A DNA stretch of 36,313 nt, taken from positions 1 through 36,313 of the forward strand of contig JBDLKA010000028.1 in the NCBI GenBank assembly GCA_039714075.1, given 5' to 3'. Within the stretch, counting starts at the first letter, position 1; each line of letters opens with the position of its first letter. Under the pieces are notes generated by a model. That model was not told the DNA's origin. It worked only from the letters and a program-made list of their open reading frames with translations, and searched no databases. Positions 1 through 9,597 of the stretch are shown in pieces. A program made the translations under genes and the position numbers. The stretch is from Candidatus Krumholzibacteriota bacterium (lineage in GTDB: Bacteria > Krumholzibacteriota > Krumholzibacteriia > LZORAL124-64-63).

Positions 1-1
1 C

Positions 2-2185
2 TGGTGGGGCTCCAACTACGGTTCGACCACCCAGGACGCCGGCAACGCCGTGGACGTGATCGCCCCGACGATCATGCCGACGACCGACATCGGCGGCAGC
101 GCCGGTTATGATTCCGGTGACTACAGCATGTGGTTCAACGGCACCAGCTGCGCCACGCCCTACGCGGCCGGCGCCGCGGCCCTGGTCCTGTCGGCCAACC
201 CGACCTTCACACCCGCCCAGTTGCGGGACGCCCTGACCAGCACTGCCACCGACGTGGTGAACGTCGAGTCGGGCACGGGCTGGGACCGCTATTCCGGCTA
301 CGGGATGGTCAACGTCGACGCCGCCGTCGGCGGCGGCGGTCCGGTGGCCCCCACGGCGGCCTTCAGCGGCGCGCCGACCAGCGGCACCTTCCCGTTGACG
401 GTCAACTTCAGCGACCTGTCCACCGGCGCGCCGACCAGCTGGAGCTGGACCTTCGGCGACGGTGGCACCTCGACGCAGCAGAATCCCTCGTACACCTACA
501 CGGCCGCCGGCACCTACACGGTGAGTCTGACGGCGACCAACGCCACCGGCAGCGACACCGACACCAAGGTCGATTACATCACCGTCACCGCTCCGCCGCC
601 CCCGACCGCGGCGTTCACGGGCACACCCACCAGCGGATCCTATCCCCTGGACGTGACGTTCACCGATCAGTCCTCCGGCGCGCCGACCAGCTGGAGCTGG
701 ACTTTCGGCGACGGCGGGACTTCGACGCAGCAGAACCCGTCCTACACCTACACCGCGGCGGGTACCTACACGGTCAGCCTGACGGCATCCAACGCCTACG
801 GCAGCGATACCGACACCAAGGTCGACTACATCACCGTTACCGAGCCCGGCGTGACCGCATTCGTCACCGCCGACAGCGAAGTGTCGGTCATCGGCACGGT
901 CAGCGGCAGCTACGTGGACACCAAGTTCAGCGACGGGGTGAGCGAGACGATCACCGAGGTGGAGTACACCGGCCATCCGGTCAAGCGCTACAGCTACGCG
1001 GAGCACAAGTGGAGCTTCAATCTGCCGGCCGGCTCCGACGCGACCTTCCACCTGGAAGCCTTGCGTTCGAACAACACCGAGGGTGACGACTTCGTCTTCG
1101 CGTATTCCACCGATGGTGTGAATTTCACCAACGTCGCCACTGTTTCCAGCGCCACCGAGCAGACCTTCAGCGTGCCCTTGGGACCGTTGAGCGGCGCGGT
1201 TACGGTGCGGGCGACCGACACCGACCGCAACTGGGGCAACGTCGCCCTGGACAACCTGCTCGTGGACTACATCGCCTTCGAGGTGGGCGACGTGGTGCCC
1301 ACCGCCCCGACGGCGGACTTCGCGGGGACTCCGGTCAGCGGCGACTACCCGCTGAACGTGGACTTCACCGACCTGTCTTCCGGCGATCCGACCAGCTGGA
1401 GCTGGACCTTCGGCGACGGCGGCACCTCGACGGCGCAGAATCCGTCGTACACCTATGCGGCGGCCGGCACCTACACGGTGAGCCTGACGGCGACCAACGC
1501 CCAGGGCAGTGACACCGCCACCAAGACGGGCTACATCACCGTGACCGAGCCGGGCAGCGGTCCGACGACCATGCACGTGTCGGACATGGCGGTCTCGCGC
1601 GCCAAGTCCGGCCCGAACTACTTCGGTGTCTGTGACATAACCGTGATCGACGACCAGGGAGGATCCGTGGGCGGCGCCACCGTAACGGTCAGCTACAACG
1701 GGCCGACCAACGGGACCACGAGCGGTACGACGGCGGCCGACGGCACACTGACCCTGCAGGCCACCGGCATGAAGAAGCCCGTCGGCGAATGGTGCTTCGA
1801 AGTGACGAACATCACCCACGGCACCCTGACCTACGATCCGGGTTCGAACGTGACCACGCGTTCCTGCGAGAGCGGCGACGTGAACGGGTCCGAGTTTGTC
1901 GAGACCAGTAGCTTCGTGTCGAGCGAGTTCAGCCTCGACCAGAACGCGCCGAACCCGTTCAACCCCATGACCGAGATCAAGTTCAACCTGCCCCGCAGCA
2001 TGAACGCGACCCTGACGGTCTACAACGTGCGCGGCCAGGCGGTCACCACGCTGAAGAGCGGCATCATGTCCGCCGGCCAGCACTCGGTGACCTGGGATGC
2101 CCGCAATCACGCGAGCGGCGTCTACTTCTACCGGCTGGAGACTCCGGACTTCAGCGAGACCAAAAAGATGATCATGCTCAAGTAG
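2..2185 (+). CDS. S8 (subtilisin-like) serine peptidase, C-terminal part, with 3 PKD domains, a jelly-roll-like insert, an Ig-like domain and an FlgD/T9SS-type C-terminal domain (5' truncated by window edge)
   Basis: Frame is open from position 2 (WWGSNYGSTTQD...). Catalytic Ser motif NGTSCATP; three PKD repeats (P.SWSWTFGDGGTS...Y..AGTYTV.LT); tail NAPNPFNP...ASGVYFYRL...KKMIMLK. Paralog of 16627..19305. Confidence 0.92.
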   Translation, partial: WWGSNYGSTTQDAGNAVDVIAPTIMPTTDIGGSAGYDSGDYSMWFNGTSCATPYAAGAAALVLSANPTFTPAQLRDALTSTATDVVNVESGTGWDRYSGYGMVNVDAAVGGGGPVAPTAAFSGAPTSGTFPLTVNFSDLSTGAPTSWSWTFGDGGTSTQQNPSYTYTAAGTYTVSLTATNATGSDTDTKVDYITVTAPPPPTAAFTGTPTSGSYPLDVTFTDQSSGAPTSWSWTFGDGGTSTQQNPSYTYTAAGTYTVSLTASNAYGSDTDTKVDYITVTEPGVTAFVTADSEVSVIGTVSGSYVDTKFSDGVSETITEVEYTGHPVKRYSYAEHKWSFNLPAGSDATFHLEALRSNNTEGDDFVFAYSTDGVNFTNVATVSSATEQTFSVPLGPLSGAVTVRATDTDRNWGNVALDNLLVDYIAFEVGDVVPTAPTADFAGTPVSGDYPLNVDFTDLSSGDPTSWSWTFGDGGTSTAQNPSYTYAAAGTYTVSLTATNAQGSDTATKTGYITVTEPGSGPTTMHVSDMAVSRAKSGPNYFGVCDITVIDDQGGSVGGATVTVSYNGPTNGTTSGTTAADGTLTLQATGMKKPVGEWCFEVTNITHGTLTYDPGSNVTTRSCESGDVNGSEFVETSSFVSSEFSLDQNAPNPFNPMTEIKFNLPRSMNATLTVYNVRGQAVTTLKSGIMSAGQHSVTWDARNHASGVYFYRLETPDFSETKKMIMLK
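350..1546 (+). repeat. Three intragenic PKD-coding repeats of ~240 bp (~350-589, ~602-841, ~1307-1546)
   Basis: Near-identical DNA blocks such as 'ccgaccagctggagctggac(c/t)ttcggcgacgg'; boundaries approximate. Confidence 0.85.
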
Positions 2186-2206
2186 GGGCCTGATCCATTT
2201 CGAAAG

Positions 2207-2243
2207 AACCGCCCGGGGTGTTCAACAGCCCCGGGCGGTTTTT
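2207..2243 (+). terminator. Rho-independent terminator
   Basis: AACCGCCCGGGG-tgttcaacag-CCCCGGGCGGTT followed by TTT, just after the peptidase stop codon. Confidence 0.85.
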
Positions 2244-2373
2244 GGTTGGGGATTGGTTTGGTTTTACGTATGATCCGAAAATCCGAGGCTGGCCCCGGAT
2301 TTCTGTTCCAACAGTCAAGAACAGGGTCCCGCAGGGGCCTTGCGGCCCATCAACCCACCAGCGAGGCATGCCC

Positions 2374-2913
2374 ATGATGCGAAACCTGACCATCGTTACG
2401 GCCCTGATCCTGGCCGTGGTCCTGCTCGCCGCCTGCGGCAAGAAGAAGGATGAGCCCACCGTCGAGGAAACCACCCTGACCGAGGTCGGCCAACCGGCGC
2501 CCGACTTCACGGTTCCCACCCTGTTCGGCAATCCTTTCACGCTGTCCGACCACAGGGGCCAGGTCGTCCTGGTCAACTGGTTCGCCACCTGGTGCGGGCC
2601 CTGCGTCGAGGAAATGCCCCACCTGCAGAAAGAGGTGTGGGAAAAATTCCGCGGCCCCGACTTCGCCATGGTGTCCATCGCGCGCGAGGAAACCCTGCAG
2701 GTCGTCCGCCCCTTCGTGCTGGAAAAGGAACTGACCTGGCCGTTCGCCCTCGATGTCCACCGCGAAGCCTACGCCAAGTACGCCGAGGCCTATATTCCGC
2801 GGACCCAGGTCATCGACCGGGAGGGGACCATCATCTTCCAGTCCCAGGGTTACGAAAAAGAGGAGTTCGCGGAAATGGTGGCCGTGATCCGGAAGGAAAT
2901 CGGCGGCGAATGA
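2374..2913 (+). CDS. TlpA/ResA-family thioredoxin-like disulfide reductase lipoprotein
   Basis: Lipobox LAAC; GQPAPDFT; VLVNWFATWCGPC active site; IPRTQVID. Start could be 2368, 2374 or 2377 (GAGG at 2363). Confidence 0.88.
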   Translation: MMRNLTIVTALILAVVLLAACGKKKDEPTVEETTLTEVGQPAPDFTVPTLFGNPFTLSDHRGQVVLVNWFATWCGPCVEEMPHLQKEVWEKFRGPDFAMVSIAREETLQVVRPFVLEKELTWPFALDVHREAYAKYAEAYIPRTQVIDREGTIIFQSQGYEKEEFAEMVAVIRKEIGGE

Positions 2914-3002
2914 CGATCGGCGGCCGCCTCTTGACCGATTTCCCGCGAACAGCGACATTGGAACCCCGCAACCACGTATTTTTCCGAGGGGTATCCTGAT
3001 AG

Positions 3003-4979
3003 ATGAAGACCTATCTCCGCATGCTGAAAATGGTCAAGCCGTACTCCATCCAGCTCGCGCTGGCCGTGGTGTTCATGGTCGTGTTCTCGTTCATGAGCAT
3101 CTTCAGCATCACCATGATTTCCCCCTTCCTGGACGCGCTATTCCTCAAAGGGAATCAGGAGGCGGTGCAGGTCACGGCCTCGCCGGCGGAATCGGACCTG
3201 GTCGTCCAGGACGAAGCGGGGGTCCCCCACGACAGCCACCCGGCCCGGAGTCTCGAACTGGCCCAGAGGCAATCCGGCCCACCCGCCGAAACCGACGACG
3301 AGCGCCGCGCCCGCTACGACAGTCTGAAGGACAGTTTTTCGGGCCTCGACTCGCTGAAGTTCAAGTTCAAGGAATGGGCCTCGAAAAACATGCTCCAGGG
3401 CACCAAGCAGGAGGCCCTGCTGCGCATCTGCATCACGTTCTTCCTGCTGGCGCTGGCCAAGAACCTGTCCTGCTATATCCAGGAAGTGCTGATGGTCTAC
3501 GTGGGCCAGGCCGTGATCCGCGACCTGCGCAACGAGCTGTACCTGAAGATGACCTCGATGCCGATGTCGTTCTTCCACAAGCACAAGGCCGGCGAGCTGA
3601 TCAGCCGTGCGACCAACGACGTGATGGTCGCCCAGCAGTGCGTGGGCCTGAGTTTCACCAAGCTGGTCAAGGATCCCATCTTCATCATCATGTATCTGGC
3701 GGTGGCGCTGATCCTGAGCTGGAAGCTGACACTGATGGCGCTGGTGCTGATGCCGGCCAGCCTGACGGTGATCATCCGCATCGGCAAGAAGCTGCGCCAC
3801 CTGAGCCACCTGCAGCAGGAGCAGATGGCCCACCTGACCAGCACCCTGCAGGAGACGGTCTACGGCATCCGCGTGGTCAAGGCCTTCGCCATGGAGAAGT
3901 TCGAGAACAACAAGTTCATGGCCCAGTCGCAGGCGCTGTTCAAGCAGGTGTTCCGCATCAACTACACCATGAAGGCCTCGTCGCCGCTGACCGAGCAGCT
4001 GTCCATGGTCGTGGCGTTGTTCCTGCTCTGGTTCGGCGGCAGCAAGGTGTTCACCGGCGGCATCATGGCGCCCGACCTGTTCATCGTGTTCCTGTTCATG
4101 ATTTTTTCGATGGTACGGCCGCTCAAGAGTCTCGGCGCGGTCAACAACGAGATCCAGGCGGGCATGGCGGCGGCCGACCGCATCTTCCAGGTGATCGACG
4201 CGGCGCCCGAAGTGACCGACCGCGAGGCCGGCTTCAAGCTGACCGCGGCGGCGGGCCGGGTCGCGTTCGAAAACGTGGATTTCGAATATATCAAAGGCGA
4301 ACCGGTGCTGCGGGACATCTCTCTGAAGGTGGAGCCCGGCGAGGTGGTGGCCCTGGTGGGCAGCAGCGGCTCGGGCAAAAGCACCCTGGTCGATCTGATT
4401 CCCGGTTTCTACAACCCCGACGGCGGCCGGGTGACGATCGACGGCCACGACATCCTTGATTTGAACCTGAGCGCCCTGCGGTCGAACATGGGTATCGTCA
4501 CCCAGGAAGTGATCCTGTTCCACGACACGGTCCTGAACAACATCGCCTACGGCATGAAGGACGTCCCGCTGGAAGACGTGAAGGCTGCCGCGCAGGCCGC
4601 CAACGCCGATGAGTTCATTGCCAAACTGCCCGACGGCTACGACACCATCATCGGCGACCGCGGCCTGAAATTGTCGGGCGGCCAGCGCCAGCGCATCAGC
4701 ATCGCGCGGGCCATCCTCAAGAACCCGCCCATCCTGCTGCTGGACGAGGCGACCAGCGCCCTGGACACCGAGGCGGAACAACTGGTACAGGAAGCGATCG
4801 ACCGTTTGGTGAAGGACCGCACGACCATCGTCATCGCGCATCGTTTGTCGACCATCCAGAACGTCGACAGGATCTATCTGCTGGAGGCCGGGAAGGTGGT
4901 TCAGGTGGGCACGCACGACGAGTTGCTGGCGCGCGGGGGGCGGTACAAGGAACTCTACACGATGCAGTTCCAGAGGTGA
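3003..4979 (+). CDS. ABC exporter, fused permease and ATPase (MsbA-like)
   Basis: Six-TM domain; Walker A GSSGSGKS; signature LSGGQRQR; Walker B LLLDEATSALD; IAHRLSTI. Confidence 0.93.
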   Translation: MKTYLRMLKMVKPYSIQLALAVVFMVVFSFMSIFSITMISPFLDALFLKGNQEAVQVTASPAESDLVVQDEAGVPHDSHPARSLELAQRQSGPPAETDDERRARYDSLKDSFSGLDSLKFKFKEWASKNMLQGTKQEALLRICITFFLLALAKNLSCYIQEVLMVYVGQAVIRDLRNELYLKMTSMPMSFFHKHKAGELISRATNDVMVAQQCVGLSFTKLVKDPIFIIMYLAVALILSWKLTLMALVLMPASLTVIIRIGKKLRHLSHLQQEQMAHLTSTLQETVYGIRVVKAFAMEKFENNKFMAQSQALFKQVFRINYTMKASSPLTEQLSMVVALFLLWFGGSKVFTGGIMAPDLFIVFLFMIFSMVRPLKSLGAVNNEIQAGMAAADRIFQVIDAAPEVTDREAGFKLTAAAGRVAFENVDFEYIKGEPVLRDISLKVEPGEVVALVGSSGSGKSTLVDLIPGFYNPDGGRVTIDGHDILDLNLSALRSNMGIVTQEVILFHDTVLNNIAYGMKDVPLEDVKAAAQAANADEFIAKLPDGYDTIIGDRGLKLSGGQRQRISIARAILKNPPILLLDEATSALDTEAEQLVQEAIDRLVKDRTTIVIAHRLSTIQNVDRIYLLEAGKVVQVGTHDELLARGGRYKELYTMQFQR

Positions 4980-4987
4980 GGTCGATC

Positions 4988-5299
4988 ATGGAACAGTTTC
5001 TCTACAAACTGACGTCGATGCGCGCGGACATGCTCAGCGAGGGCCTGACCGACCGCGAAAACGAGGTTATCGAAAACCACGCCGCCTACCTGTCCGAGCT
5101 GAAGGACAAGGGCGTGGTCAAGCTGGCCGGGCGCACCCTCAACACTGACGAATCGAGTTTCGGAGTTGTGATCTTCGAGGCGGAAAACGAAAAGGCCGCC
5201 CGCCTGATCATGGCGAACGACCCCGCAGTGAAGGAAAACGTGCTTGCGGCCCGGCTCTTCCCCTTCCGGATCGCATTTATGGGCAACCCGGAAGCCTAG
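4988..5299 (+). CDS. YciI-family protein
   Basis: H..YL..L...G....AGR...G..IFEAE...A...M..DP.V pattern; RBS GAGGT. Alternative GTG start at 4976 overlaps the upstream stop. Confidence 0.85.
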   Translation: MEQFLYKLTSMRADMLSEGLTDRENEVIENHAAYLSELKDKGVVKLAGRTLNTDESSFGVVIFEAENEKAARLIMANDPAVKENVLAARLFPFRIAFMGNPEA

Positions 5300-5301
5300 A
5301 C

Positions 5302-5976
5302 TCAGTTCTCCGGCTCGTCATAGAAATCGATCATATCCACCGGCATGACCACCGTCGAGGCGATGTTGCTCATGTGGGCCACCACCCGTTTGAAGAAACG
5401 CAGCACCAGCACGAGGCAGACCGCGTTCTGGGTGCCCAGCTCGCTGGTGGTGATGGACCGGATCGTCTCCTCGTATTCCCGCCCCTGGGCCTTGGCCTTC
5501 TTGATGACCTTGCCGGCCAGTTCCTCGTCGCTTTCCAGGAAGGCCTGCCGCGTCTGGGTGAACAACTCGGTGATGGTGGCGGCGGGTGCGGCAAGGTGAT
5601 CCCGGTAGACCTTGCGGTCGAGCCCGTCCGGCATCATGTCGTTGACCTCGTGCAGGTTCTTGACGTAATCGCCGATGCGCTCGCCGTCCTTGACCACGTT
5701 CATGAAGATCAGGGCCGAGGGCACTTCGGCCCGCGAACCCCGCACCGACAGATGGGAAACCACGCGGCGGCGGATCTTGCGTTCCAGCTTGTTGATCCGC
5801 TTGTCCCGGTTGTACAGCATGTGCTGCGGGTCGCTGTCGGGCTCGCCCTTGACCAGCACGCCGATGGTGTAGTCGAACATGTCGCTGCCCAGGTCCATCA
5901 TCTCCATGATCATGTCGACCAGGTCATTGCTCCAGTTGTCCTCCCGGAACAGATCAAGTATCGATCGGAAACTCAT
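5302..5976 (-). CDS. PhoU-domain protein
   Basis: D..IN..E..IRR...; KDGERIGDY; KRVVAHMSNIA. Directly downstream of the Na/Pi symporter. Confidence 0.85.
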   Translation of the reverse strand: MSFRSILDLFREDNWSNDLVDMIMEMMDLGSDMFDYTIGVLVKGEPDSDPQHMLYNRDKRINKLERKIRRRVVSHLSVRGSRAEVPSALIFMNVVKDGERIGDYVKNLHEVNDMMPDGLDRKVYRDHLAAPAATITELFTQTRQAFLESDEELAGKVIKKAKAQGREYEETIRSITTSELGTQNAVCLVLVLRFFKRVVAHMSNIASTVVMPVDMIDFYDEPEN

Positions 5977-5992
5977 GTAACCCTCCCGTGGG

Positions 5993-7162
5993 TCAGATCG
6001 CGCGGATCGCCTTGTCGATCAGCACGAATATGAACGGCATGATGAAGAAAAGGCCGACCATGTAAAGGAACGCGAAGTGCTTCTTTTCGGCGGTTCTGTG
6101 GGCCAGCCCCTGGGCCATCCGGATGGGAATATTGCGGACGGCCTTCACCGGATAGATGATGGCGATCCCCGAAATGTTGAACAACAGGTGGACCAGGGCG
6201 ACGGTCACGGCCTGGGGCGTGCCGGTGAGCGAGGCCAGCAGGGCGGTGATCGTGGTGCCGATGTTGGCCCCCAGGGTGGCCGCGAAAGCCATTTCAATGG
6301 GTACGATGCCCGACCCGATCAAGGGAACCATCAGGCTGGTGGTGATCGAACTGCTTTGCACCCCGACGGTGATCATCACGCCCATGGCCATGGCGGCCAG
6401 CCCGCCGCCGGCCAGCCTTTTGGTAAACGAACCTTCCGCCTTGTTCAGCACCAGGCGCTTGAGGACCTTGGTCAGAAAGGTCAGGGCGAAAAAGATGCCC
6501 GCCAGTGCCACGACGATCATGATGATCGTGGCCACGCCCTTGGTCAGTGCCAGGTTTTCGGTCAGCAGGTCCTGGACCTTGTGCACCACCGGCTTGGTGG
6601 CCGCCTTGATGGGATTGGGGAACTTGGTCCCTTCGGCGCCCACCAGCTGGAGACTGAGCCACGTGGCGGAATTTTCCAGGAAACGGGTCGCCTGCTCCAG
6701 GGGAAACAGGATGGCGATGGCCATCAGGTTGAAGAAATCGTGCATGGTGGCCCCGGCGAAGGCCCGCTGGAATTCCGTGCGCCGGTTCATTGAGGTCATC
6801 GCCACCAGGGTGTTGGTGACGGTGGTGCCCATGTTGGCGCCCATGATGATGGGGATGGCCCCCTGCACGGTCAGCGCCCCGCCGGCCACCATGCCGACCA
6901 CGATCGAGGTGGTGCTGGACGAACTCTGGATCAGCGAAGTGGCCAACAGTCCGATCATCAGCCCGATCACCGGGTTGGTGGTCGTGGCGATCAGGTGCTT
7001 GCTGAATTCTTTGCCTACCAGCTTGAAAGCCGCGCCGAACATACCGATGGAAAACAGGAAGACATACAGCAGGGCCGCCAGAATCAGGATGTTGAGCAGA
7101 AGTGAGACGATGCGGGTGGACAGGGGTGTCCCGGGTGGCTGAGACTGCGCGAGGTCGGTCAT
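5993..7162 (-). CDS. Na+/phosphate symporter (NptA/SLC34 family)
   Basis: Two QSSS repeats (LIQSSSSTTS, VQSSSITTS); GANMGTT and GANIGTT; ATMHDFFN. ATG at 7162 preceded by GGAG. Confidence 0.93.
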   Translation of the reverse strand: MTDLAQSQPPGTPLSTRIVSLLLNILILAALLYVFLFSIGMFGAAFKLVGKEFSKHLIATTTNPVIGLMIGLLATSLIQSSSSTTSIVVGMVAGGALTVQGAIPIIMGANMGTTVTNTLVAMTSMNRRTEFQRAFAGATMHDFFNLMAIAILFPLEQATRFLENSATWLSLQLVGAEGTKFPNPIKAATKPVVHKVQDLLTENLALTKGVATIIMIVVALAGIFFALTFLTKVLKRLVLNKAEGSFTKRLAGGGLAAMAMGVMITVGVQSSSITTSLMVPLIGSGIVPIEMAFAATLGANIGTTITALLASLTGTPQAVTVALVHLLFNISGIAIIYPVKAVRNIPIRMAQGLAHRTAEKKHFAFLYMVGLFFIMPFIFVLIDKAIRAI

Positions 7163-7272
7163 GGAACTCCTGGAATCGCCTCGAAAGGGATTGTCATTGA
7201 GGGAGTGGAATCGCCAGGCGAACTTTACCGCAATCGACCGCAAACTTACCGGGGCTCGACAAGCGAGTCAAG

Positions 7273-8637
7273 TTATTGGGGAGCCGAAATCCACCCTGGT
7301 TGGAAATCATCAGGAAGTATCACCATTTCTAAAATGGCGGCGATGAATTCCTGCTCCTCGCCCGTGCGCTGGGGGTTCCGGAATTCCCAAACGATCGACC
7401 CGTCGGCCGCCACTTCCAGGGCGCGGCCGTTGTCCGATTCGGTGATCAGGGTGTTGCCGTTGGGCAACCGGGAGCACGAGCCGCAGGTCCTGGAATAAAG
7501 GGGGTGGATGGGGTTGTCGGCGAACGACCAGACCACTTCCTGGGTGAAGGGATCGATCTCGATCACCTTGGACCGGCCCTTGTGGCCCCGGTTGTCGAAC
7601 AGCAGGATATTTCCGTTTTCCAGCAGGGTGGGCTGATGTTGGGCGCTCCACATGCCGTTCATGGCCCACACCACCTTTTCGGTCCACTGGTCCACGATGG
7701 CGATATAGCCCGGCTCCCGCAGGGAAATCAGGAAATTCCCTTCGGCGAACAGGGGCGAAAGGTGGGCGGCCCTCCCGTCCAGGACTTCCAGGGTGTTGGT
7801 GTGAAAGATGTCGCCCGAGTCGGCCAGTTGATCCAGGCACGAGGCGTAGACCGAACCCTTGAAGGCGGTCAGCAGATCGACCGCACCCAGCAATTCCCCC
7901 TCGGCGGAAAGATGGGTGATGTAATCCACCAGAACGGGTTGGTCGGGGTTGATATCGGGCACGATCTCGGTCTCGCGGGTCAGAACGAAGATGGTCCCGT
8001 CCCGTGCCACTTCCAGGTCGTGATGGCAGGGGCCGGGATAGCTCCAGATCACCTTCGAATCATGGTCGATCTTGACCAAACCGTGGCCTTCGAAGATGGC
8101 CAGGACATCCCCGCCGGGGAACAGATGCGCCCGGCGCCAGCAGGCGGTCACGCCCTTGGCGTCGTCGCGAAACGTCCCGGCGCTGGCGGGGCTCTGTTTG
8201 ATGCATTCTTCATAGGGCAGGCGCCAGGTGTGCAGGGTCCGGCCGAAGGGATCCATCAGGAAGGCCCCGGGCATGTGGCCCGAGGTGAAAAAACGCAGAC
8301 CCCGGGAAGCGGAATCGGGTTGGTGGGCCGTGACGCCGGCCCCGGCCCTGGCCGGCACGGTTCCCCCCGCGTACCCCAGGCTGCGCAGGCGCCGGATTTC
8401 GGCCACCTGCTCGGGATCCAAATCCGATTCGCCCCGCACCGCCTCGTAGACACCCCATTGGCCCGGCGGCGCGGCTCCGGCCAGGCCGATTCGGTAACGG
8501 ACGTTCCTGGTCAACTGGGGCAGGGATTTGTCTCCGAAGGAAAGGTAGGCCAGGCCCGCACCCAGACCCACGGCGACCAGCACCAGCATCGTAAGCTGGG
8601 TCAGCGACAACCGTTTTCTGGGGCGATGGGATTTCAC
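7273..8637 (-). CDS. Arylsulfotransferase (ASST)-family beta-propeller protein with N-terminal membrane anchor
   Basis: HHD, FHTNTL, QHQPTLLENGNILLFDN and RLPNGNTLITES motifs. GTG at 8637 follows GGGAG; alternative ATG at 8673. Confidence 0.82.
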   Translation of the reverse strand: MKSHRPRKRLSLTQLTMLVLVAVGLGAGLAYLSFGDKSLPQLTRNVRYRIGLAGAAPPGQWGVYEAVRGESDLDPEQVAEIRRLRSLGYAGGTVPARAGAGVTAHQPDSASRGLRFFTSGHMPGAFLMDPFGRTLHTWRLPYEECIKQSPASAGTFRDDAKGVTACWRRAHLFPGGDVLAIFEGHGLVKIDHDSKVIWSYPGPCHHDLEVARDGTIFVLTRETEIVPDINPDQPVLVDYITHLSAEGELLGAVDLLTAFKGSVYASCLDQLADSGDIFHTNTLEVLDGRAAHLSPLFAEGNFLISLREPGYIAIVDQWTEKVVWAMNGMWSAQHQPTLLENGNILLFDNRGHKGRSKVIEIDPFTQEVVWSFADNPIHPLYSRTCGSCSRLPNGNTLITESDNGRALEVAADGSIVWEFRNPQRTGEEQEFIAAILEMVILPDDFQPGWISAPQ

Positions 8638-8984
8638 GGCGCGCTCCCGTATTGAATTCCTTCCCCGGACCATACCACATTACTGGCCTTTTTGCCCGGT
8701 CGGCCACCCGCTTCATCCTTTAATGGGGGGCGAAATGGCCAGAAACCGTGCGATCTGCAATGTATTCGGGCCCTGTTCCGCAATGGCCAATAATGCCCTG
8801 AAATAGCCCGGACGGCCCTGAAACGACCTCCCGGGCTTTAAACAAGGCAATGACCAGGATCCCGCCGTTGGGCCTTTTTTTTGCATTGTGGATTTTGCAT
8901 CGCGGTTTTGTCTTCCTGGCCGGAATTGATTATGGTGAAAGCGTTACGACCTTTCCCGCACCGATTTCCAGGAGGATCGCCGTC

Positions 8985-9545
8985 ATGGCCATCTTGAAGG
9001 TCGCCCGCATGGGCCACCCCGTATTGCGCCAGAAATGCGAAACCATCGACCCGGACAAGATCACCGGACCCGAGGTCCAGCGCCTCATCCGGGACATGTT
9101 CGCCACGATGGTCGAATACAACGGAGTGGGGTTGGCCGCTCCCCAGGTCCACAATCCGGTCCGGCTGGTGATCGCCGGCGGCGAAGTGGACGAAGAAGGC
9201 CGCAACCAGTACCGGGTCCTGATCAATCCCGAGATCACGGTCCTGGACGAAGACGACCGCCTGGGCATGTACGAGGGCTGTCTCTCGGTGCCGGGCCTGC
9301 GGGGATGGGTCGAAAGGCCGGCCTCGATTAGGATCGCCGCCTGGAATGAAAAAGGGGAGAAGATCGACCTCACCCTGGAGGGATTTCCGGCCGTCGTGAT
9401 CCAGCACGAATGCGATCACCTGGACGGGGTCCTGTACGTGGACCGGGTCGAAGACACGACGAAGTTCGCCTACGAGGAGGAAGCGGAACGTTTCCTCAAC
9501 ACCGTGGACGAAGACATGGAAGCAGATGAGGAGCCCGCCGGCTGA
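8985..9545 (+). CDS. def: Peptide deformylase
   Basis: GVGLAAPQ, EGCLS and QHECDHLDG motifs; RBS AGGAGG. Confidence 0.96.
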   Translation: MAILKVARMGHPVLRQKCETIDPDKITGPEVQRLIRDMFATMVEYNGVGLAAPQVHNPVRLVIAGGEVDEEGRNQYRVLINPEITVLDEDDRLGMYEGCLSVPGLRGWVERPASIRIAAWNEKGEKIDLTLEGFPAVVIQHECDHLDGVLYVDRVEDTTKFAYEEEAERFLNTVDEDMEADEEPAG

Positions 9546-9597
9546 TCCGCTGGTGAACCGGAGCAGGCTCTTCGCCACCGGCAAGGAGAGCCTGGGA

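Noticed and set aside
350..1546. Repeated DNA blocks as a possible CRISPR array or DGR template/variable repeats
   Set aside because: They are in-frame PKD domain repeats of ~240 bp with no spacer structure, no evident adenine-specific mismatch pattern, and there is no cas or reverse transcriptase gene in the window.
3160..3410. Long hydrophilic insertion after the first TM helix of the ABC exporter
   Set aside because: Extended low-complexity periplasmic loops at this position are common in MsbA-like exporters; no distinct motif.
3138..4916. Long antisense and alternate-frame ORFs (also 11310-13085, 13082-14428, 20591-22246, 21825-23369, 23587-26109 and others)
   Set aside because: Shadow ORFs expected from high GC3 codon bias opposite clearly identifiable genes; no recognisable motifs.
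7185..7205. TGTCAT upstream of the Na/Pi symporter as a Pho box
   Set aside because: Single half-site, opposite orientation to the gene, and no 11-bp-spaced repeat.
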